Of a DNA stretch of 11,412 nucleotides, positions 7,395 to 11,412 are shown piece after piece. The DNA is from Calditrichia bacterium (GTDB lineage: Bacteria; Calditrichota; Calditrichia; RBG-13-44-9): positions 1 through 11,412 of the forward strand of contig JARRQT010000098.1 in assembly GCA_037381445.1 (NCBI GenBank). The letters are read 5' to 3'. The notes under the pieces were generated by a model. The model was not told the origin of the DNA, did not search any database, and worked only from the letters and a program-made list of their open reading frames with translations. Position 1 is the stretch's first letter, and each line of letters begins with the position of its first letter. The position numbers and the translations under genes were made by a program.

Positions 7395-7441
7395 AATACT
7401 TTCGAGTTATCTTAATTTACCTAATTTATTTAAAACTTTTG

Positions 7442-7470
7442 AAATTAAATCTTATCGCATTGTTATGCAA
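7442..7470 (-). promoter_or_regulatory. Candidate sigma70-type promoter for bamA
   Basis: The minus strand reads TTGCAT (7470-7465)-N17-TAATTT (7447-7442), immediately after the tamB stop and about 47 nt upstream of the bamA ATG. Confidence 0.4.
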
Positions 7471-10400
7471 TCAAAAATTAAATGAATGCCGAAGCCGTAT
7501 TTTGAAGTCATTTAATGCATTCCTGCTGTAAAATTCGGGATTTATTTGAAACTTATCATATTCAAATTCCAGTAAAAGATTTCGCAGTAATCTGTACTCC
7601 AAACCCAATTTATGATTAAGTCCTAATTTTGATTCATCATAGAGTGAGATTAATTGTCCGGTATAGGTGAGATAAACATCCTTCAGCAAGTACTTCCCCA
7701 ATGTGATTTCAGAACTTTGAAGTAATAATAACGCAGGATCGAAGTTATTGTTCACGTTCTGGTAATAAAAATTTGGCTGCTGCAGAAACTTGAAGCGGTT
7801 CTGAAATCCAAAATTTATCAGATTGGAAGTGATGTTGGACTGGAGCCTGACGTAATCAAGCCTTAATCCCCGTTCCAGTTTGCGTTCCAGCGGGCGGACC
7901 AGCGGGCGGAATAGATAATTCTCCGTCAGGGTAAGACCGACGTTCCCCGCTTTGTTGCCCAGATTTTCCATGGAATATCCCAGATAGGATAGAACATTTT
8001 CCTGGCTCTCCCCGATCGTCGGATCGCTGGATACAAGTTTGAACCGAAAGTCCTCCCACCGCCCGCGGGAAACCTCCTGCTTTGTTTCGGGATCAATGGT
8101 GTACAACTCCAGATAAATATCTTTGGGAAAATTTGTGGAATCCCTCACCGTTGTCCAGGCCCTGCCGTAAACTTCAGGGTAGAGCTCAAAGCGGTTGAAA
8201 ATGGCACCAAAGCGGTCGACCCGGAAATTCATATCGAGATATTCCACCCGGCCGCGCGTCGATTCCACATTTCCTTCAACACGGAAACTTTCATCAACCA
8301 GCCGGCCTGTAAAATCCAATCCCTTTGAAACATTGTCGATATTGATGTCCATATACACCTGGCCCACCACAGCCGGGATGTCGACAAAGTAGCGGTTTCC
8401 CACGCCGGCGATTGCGGTCAAATCCCAGTTGATGTTCCACAAAAAGTCAATGACCTTGCTCTCTTCAGTGTCGCTGGAATCCATCTCCGTGGGTAAAAAC
8501 GGAAATGTTACACGGCTGTCGTAAAGGGTTACCTTGCCTCGCACCGTTGGCCTGTCAGCCGGTCCCGAAAAATAAAATTCTTCGTTATCGGTTTTGCCGG
8601 CGGTGGCGAAATAGCCGATATCTCCCGGATTCATCATGCCCGGAATTGAAAGGGGAATTCCTTTTGATTCCGTCTCTAAAACAAGAACACCAAAATTCAG
8701 ACCCAGGTCTTCAAAATACCAGGGCTGCAATTCCTTACTATCCGAAGCAGCCTTCTGAACGTTATAAATTTTGACGAAATGACCGCCGATCTTTCCCTCC
8801 AGATCGTTGATATGAATAAAGGATTCGCCTTCTTTTAACTCAATATCGGCCTTCAATTCCTTTAAAGGGGGGATTACCGAAGCAAACTGCATCGAACCAT
8901 TATATATTTTCAGATGTCCGGCGCTCAATTTGGGATTACCTCGGGAGCCGGTGATATGAAGCTGCAGATCGCCGAGACAGTCGGGATTCTGAAAATAATC
9001 TAGCAGGGAAGGGATTTCGGCAAGAATATTTTGCCGCACAGTGAGATCTATGTCCATCGGGGCATTTGCATCGACCGGCATCCGGCCGTATGCTTCCACC
9101 GAATAATCCTTCTGATCAACATAAGAGAATTGAGATATTTTAAAGACATGACTGCCCAGATCAAATAGTGTTGACGCAGAAGGAATGGAGTCCTTAAAAA
9201 CGATATTCAAATGGCTGAAACCGCGTTCACCGAAAACGCCGTTTTGCATGAAAATGCTTCCCTCGACCGTCGGGCGCTGAAATAATCCCTTCATGGTGAT
9301 ATCATATCCAAGACCGCCCCTGATCAGATTCGGATTCTTAAACAAAGTGGTTGCTAGGAAATTGCTCTCAATTTTTTCACCCTGGAAATGGGCATCGATA
9401 AGGTCGGTGTTGTGATTCCATTTGAACCTTGCATTAAAAATGGGAACATTGTTATAGTTTATCCAGGCCTGCTTAAAATACAGATTCTCATTATTATATT
9501 GTCCGGCAAATTTAGCCGAATAATACCCATTCTTGTTGATGATAAAATTATGACCCTCAATATTAAAATCGATCAGCGGCTTTGCGGTTGTGCCGGAAAA
9601 ATTGACTTTTCCGGACAACTGACCTTCATTGATGGCTTTATACAACTCATTGATTTTCCCCAGGTATTGCCTGGCCGGCAAATTCTGGATCTGCAGCTGT
9701 CCCGAAAATGGTGCTTCATTGCCATATCCCACCGAAAGGGAACCGTCTGCCATGCCGGGCATCGTCAGTTTTATTGCAAGATGATCTCCTGAATCCTCCA
9801 ACGCCAGTTTTCCCGCAATAGGCTCGGGGACCGTCTCAAAATTGAATCTGCCGTTGAACTTGAGGCTGGGGCGGATCAGATTTACTGTGGTGCCGGAGAA
9901 TGTGAAGAAATGGCTGCCGGAAGCACGGCTATTAAATACGGCCTTCACGCTGGGAAAATTTACGGGACCTGCAAAATAGAAGTCCGTTTCAAATTTTTTT
10001 GACAGCCAATGCACGGCGGCAAGACTGCTCAGAGATTGGAATGGCAAATTCTTCAGTTCCAGAATATTAATGGTCGGATCCTGCCACAAATTGGAAACGT
10101 CGGCGTGAAATTCGATCCCAGCCGGAGAAGATTTTTCTGCCTGAATGGTGATTTGATCCTTTACCAGTTTATAGGACATATCTGCCGTAAGAACGGAATC
10201 CGCGGCGTGTTGAAAAATGCTCTTAACGATTCCCGTAAATGTCAGCGTGGGGAAATCGCCCTCCATTGTGGTATAGTACTGCATTTCGGAATTGTTTAGC
10301 AGGTCGAGGATGTGAAACGTTTTGGTTGCGATATGACGTTCGCTGGAAATATTCATTGTCATTTTCATAGTGTTGAAATCGATCTCGCCGGTGCCGTGGT

Positions 10401-11412
10401 GATCCAGTCCGATAGAGTGGGTATAAATGTCATGAAAAGTCCATATCTTATTGGCGAATGTAAATTCCATGCTCGTTCTGTAGAAAGGAACAAAGGTATA
10501 GTAGAGCTTTGAGGAGTATATTTTACCCATTATCCGTATATCGGATTTGGGTCCGTTCACATCGAGATGTCCCTGTATTTCCCCCTGATTCAGCAGTTCA
10601 AGAATGGGTGCGGAAATGGCGATTCTTTTTGCGGGGTAATTATCGAAATCGACGGAGAAATATAAACCAGGATCAAAAATGGTACCCAGATTTCCGGTCA
10701 GCACAAAACCGCCTTCTTCCACCTGACCGGATACAGGCGACAGTTCCATCTTCTGATCCACAAAATGAATTTCGAAATCGTTGGTTTTTACCTTTTGATC
10801 GAAAAGCAGACCATTCATTTCTCTCACCTTCAGGGTGCCTTCCACCTTCGCATCCAGAAGATTAAAAGAGGGACAGGACGCATGGAGTTTACCATCCATG
10901 ACGGCGGTTTTTATGGAAAAGCTGTGGCTGTTAAGAAAGGGGAGGCCATTTCTCAAAAGGCTGTTGCTGATGTCGATATTCATATCCCAGGACCGCTCTT
11001 CGAGGTTGATGTCTCCCGTCATTTTAAAATCCGGAGTGGCAGCCCCAAACGGTATACCCGCCAGATTGACGGTTGCTTTTTTCTCGCCATTCACAAAAAG
11101 ATAGCCTTCCAGGTTGTTAACGAAATTGGCGGCGGTTTCCTGTGAATTACCCCATAGAATTTGCCCGTCCTTGATAAAAATGCGGTCGATTTCAGCCAGC
11201 CGCTGCAGGCCTTTCAAAATTTCCGCCGCATCATTTTTATCTTTGTACGTTTGTGAGGAAGAATCCTTTTTCTCCGTGAAAAGGTAGAGCCGCGGCTTTT
11301 TGAAAGTCACCGTCTCGATGACCCGGAGCGGATCAAATTTATGCAGGAGCAGTTTGTGGATGCTGTATCCGATCTGGATCTCATCCAAATGCAGCAGGTA
11401 GCTCTCATTTCC
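7471..11412 (-). CDS. tamB: TamB/AsmA-like translocation-assembly / bridge-like protein; 5' end outside the window
   Basis: The frame stays open past the track's TTG (11388) to the window edge (GNESYLLHLDEIQIG...), giving >1313 aa. The sequence is a long run of Gly-rich alternating beta-strand repeats with recurrent GxxxxP-G turns (GTTAKPLI, GLFQRPTVEG, GSRGNPKLS, GPADRPTVRG). The C-terminus is TamB-like (ITLGKYLLKDVYLTY...GLEYRLLRNLLLEFEY...RLRHSFNF). It lies directly upstream of bamA. Confidence 0.72.
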   Translation of the reverse strand, partial: GNESYLLHLDEIQIGYSIHKLLLHKFDPLRVIETVTFKKPRLYLFTEKKDSSSQTYKDKNDAAEILKGLQRLAEIDRIFIKDGQILWGNSQETAANFVNNLEGYLFVNGEKKATVNLAGIPFGAATPDFKMTGDINLEERSWDMNIDISNSLLRNGLPFLNSHSFSIKTAVMDGKLHASCPSFNLLDAKVEGTLKVREMNGLLFDQKVKTNDFEIHFVDQKMELSPVSGQVEEGGFVLTGNLGTIFDPGLYFSVDFDNYPAKRIAISAPILELLNQGEIQGHLDVNGPKSDIRIMGKIYSSKLYYTFVPFYRTSMEFTFANKIWTFHDIYTHSIGLDHHGTGEIDFNTMKMTMNISSERHIATKTFHILDLLNNSEMQYYTTMEGDFPTLTFTGIVKSIFQHAADSVLTADMSYKLVKDQITIQAEKSSPAGIEFHADVSNLWQDPTINILELKNLPFQSLSSLAAVHWLSKKFETDFYFAGPVNFPSVKAVFNSRASGSHFFTFSGTTVNLIRPSLKFNGRFNFETVPEPIAGKLALEDSGDHLAIKLTMPGMADGSLSVGYGNEAPFSGQLQIQNLPARQYLGKINELYKAINEGQLSGKVNFSGTTAKPLIDFNIEGHNFIINKNGYYSAKFAGQYNNENLYFKQAWINYNNVPIFNARFKWNHNTDLIDAHFQGEKIESNFLATTLFKNPNLIRGGLGYDITMKGLFQRPTVEGSIFMQNGVFGERGFSHLNIVFKDSIPSASTLFDLGSHVFKISQFSYVDQKDYSVEAYGRMPVDANAPMDIDLTVRQNILAEIPSLLDYFQNPDCLGDLQLHITGSRGNPKLSAGHLKIYNGSMQFASVIPPLKELKADIELKEGESFIHINDLEGKIGGHFVKIYNVQKAASDSKELQPWYFEDLGLNFGVLVLETESKGIPLSIPGMMNPGDIGYFATAGKTDNEEFYFSGPADRPTVRGKVTLYDSRVTFPFLPTEMDSSDTEESKVIDFLWNINWDLTAIAGVGNRYFVDIPAVVGQVYMDINIDNVSKGLDFTGRLVDESFRVEGNVESTRGRVEYLDMNFRVDRFGAIFNRFELYPEVYGRAWTTVRDSTNFPKDIYLELYTIDPETKQEVSRGRWEDFRFKLVSSDPTIGESQENVLSYLGYSMENLGNKAGNVGLTLTENYLFRPLVRPLERKLERGLRLDYVRLQSNITSNLINFGFQNRFKFLQQPNFYYQNVNNNFDPALLLLQSSEITLGKYLLKDVYLTYTGQLISLYDESKLGLNHKLGLEYRLLRNLLLEFEYDKFQINPEFYSRNALNDFKIRLRHSFNF
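7887..7910. repeat. Perfect 12-bp tandem duplication inside the tamB-like gene
   Basis: CCAGCGGGCGGA occurs twice (7887-7898 and 7899-7910), in frame, encoding part of FRPLVRPL. Confidence 0.8.

Noticed and set aside
11386..11388. Track start codon of the TamB-like ORF
   Set aside because: It is an internal TTG (Leu). The frame is open to the window edge and the expected N-terminal membrane anchor is not in the window.
1..11412. CRISPR arrays, IS elements, tRNA/rRNA genes or defence systems
   Set aside because: I saw no repeat-spacer periodicity, transposase or integrase motifs, or RNA gene signatures. Nearly all of the sequence is explained by housekeeping genes.

Overview
The window is a housekeeping outer-membrane biogenesis and lipid A cluster, entirely on the minus strand. 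In transcription order it holds: a 5'-truncated TamB/AsmA-like protein (>1313 aa), bamA (5 POTRA domains plus Omp85 barrel), skp/ompH, lpxD, a fused lpxC-fabZ, lpxA, and a 3'-truncated LipM-like octanoyltransferase/lipoate-ligase gene. The last gene is absent from the supplied ORF track and overlaps lpxA by 8 bp. The LpxC-FabZ fusion together with clear Shine-Dalgarno sites suggests a diderm of the FCB group or a neighbouring lineage outside Bacteroidia (e.g. Calditrichota/KSB1/Ignavibacteria-like); this is inference. I found no mobile elements, CRISPR arrays or RNA genes. The most interesting points are a short structured motif shared by the spacers upstream of lpxD and of lpxC-fabZ, the tamB-bamA pairing with no tamA in the window, and LipM coupled to lpxA.
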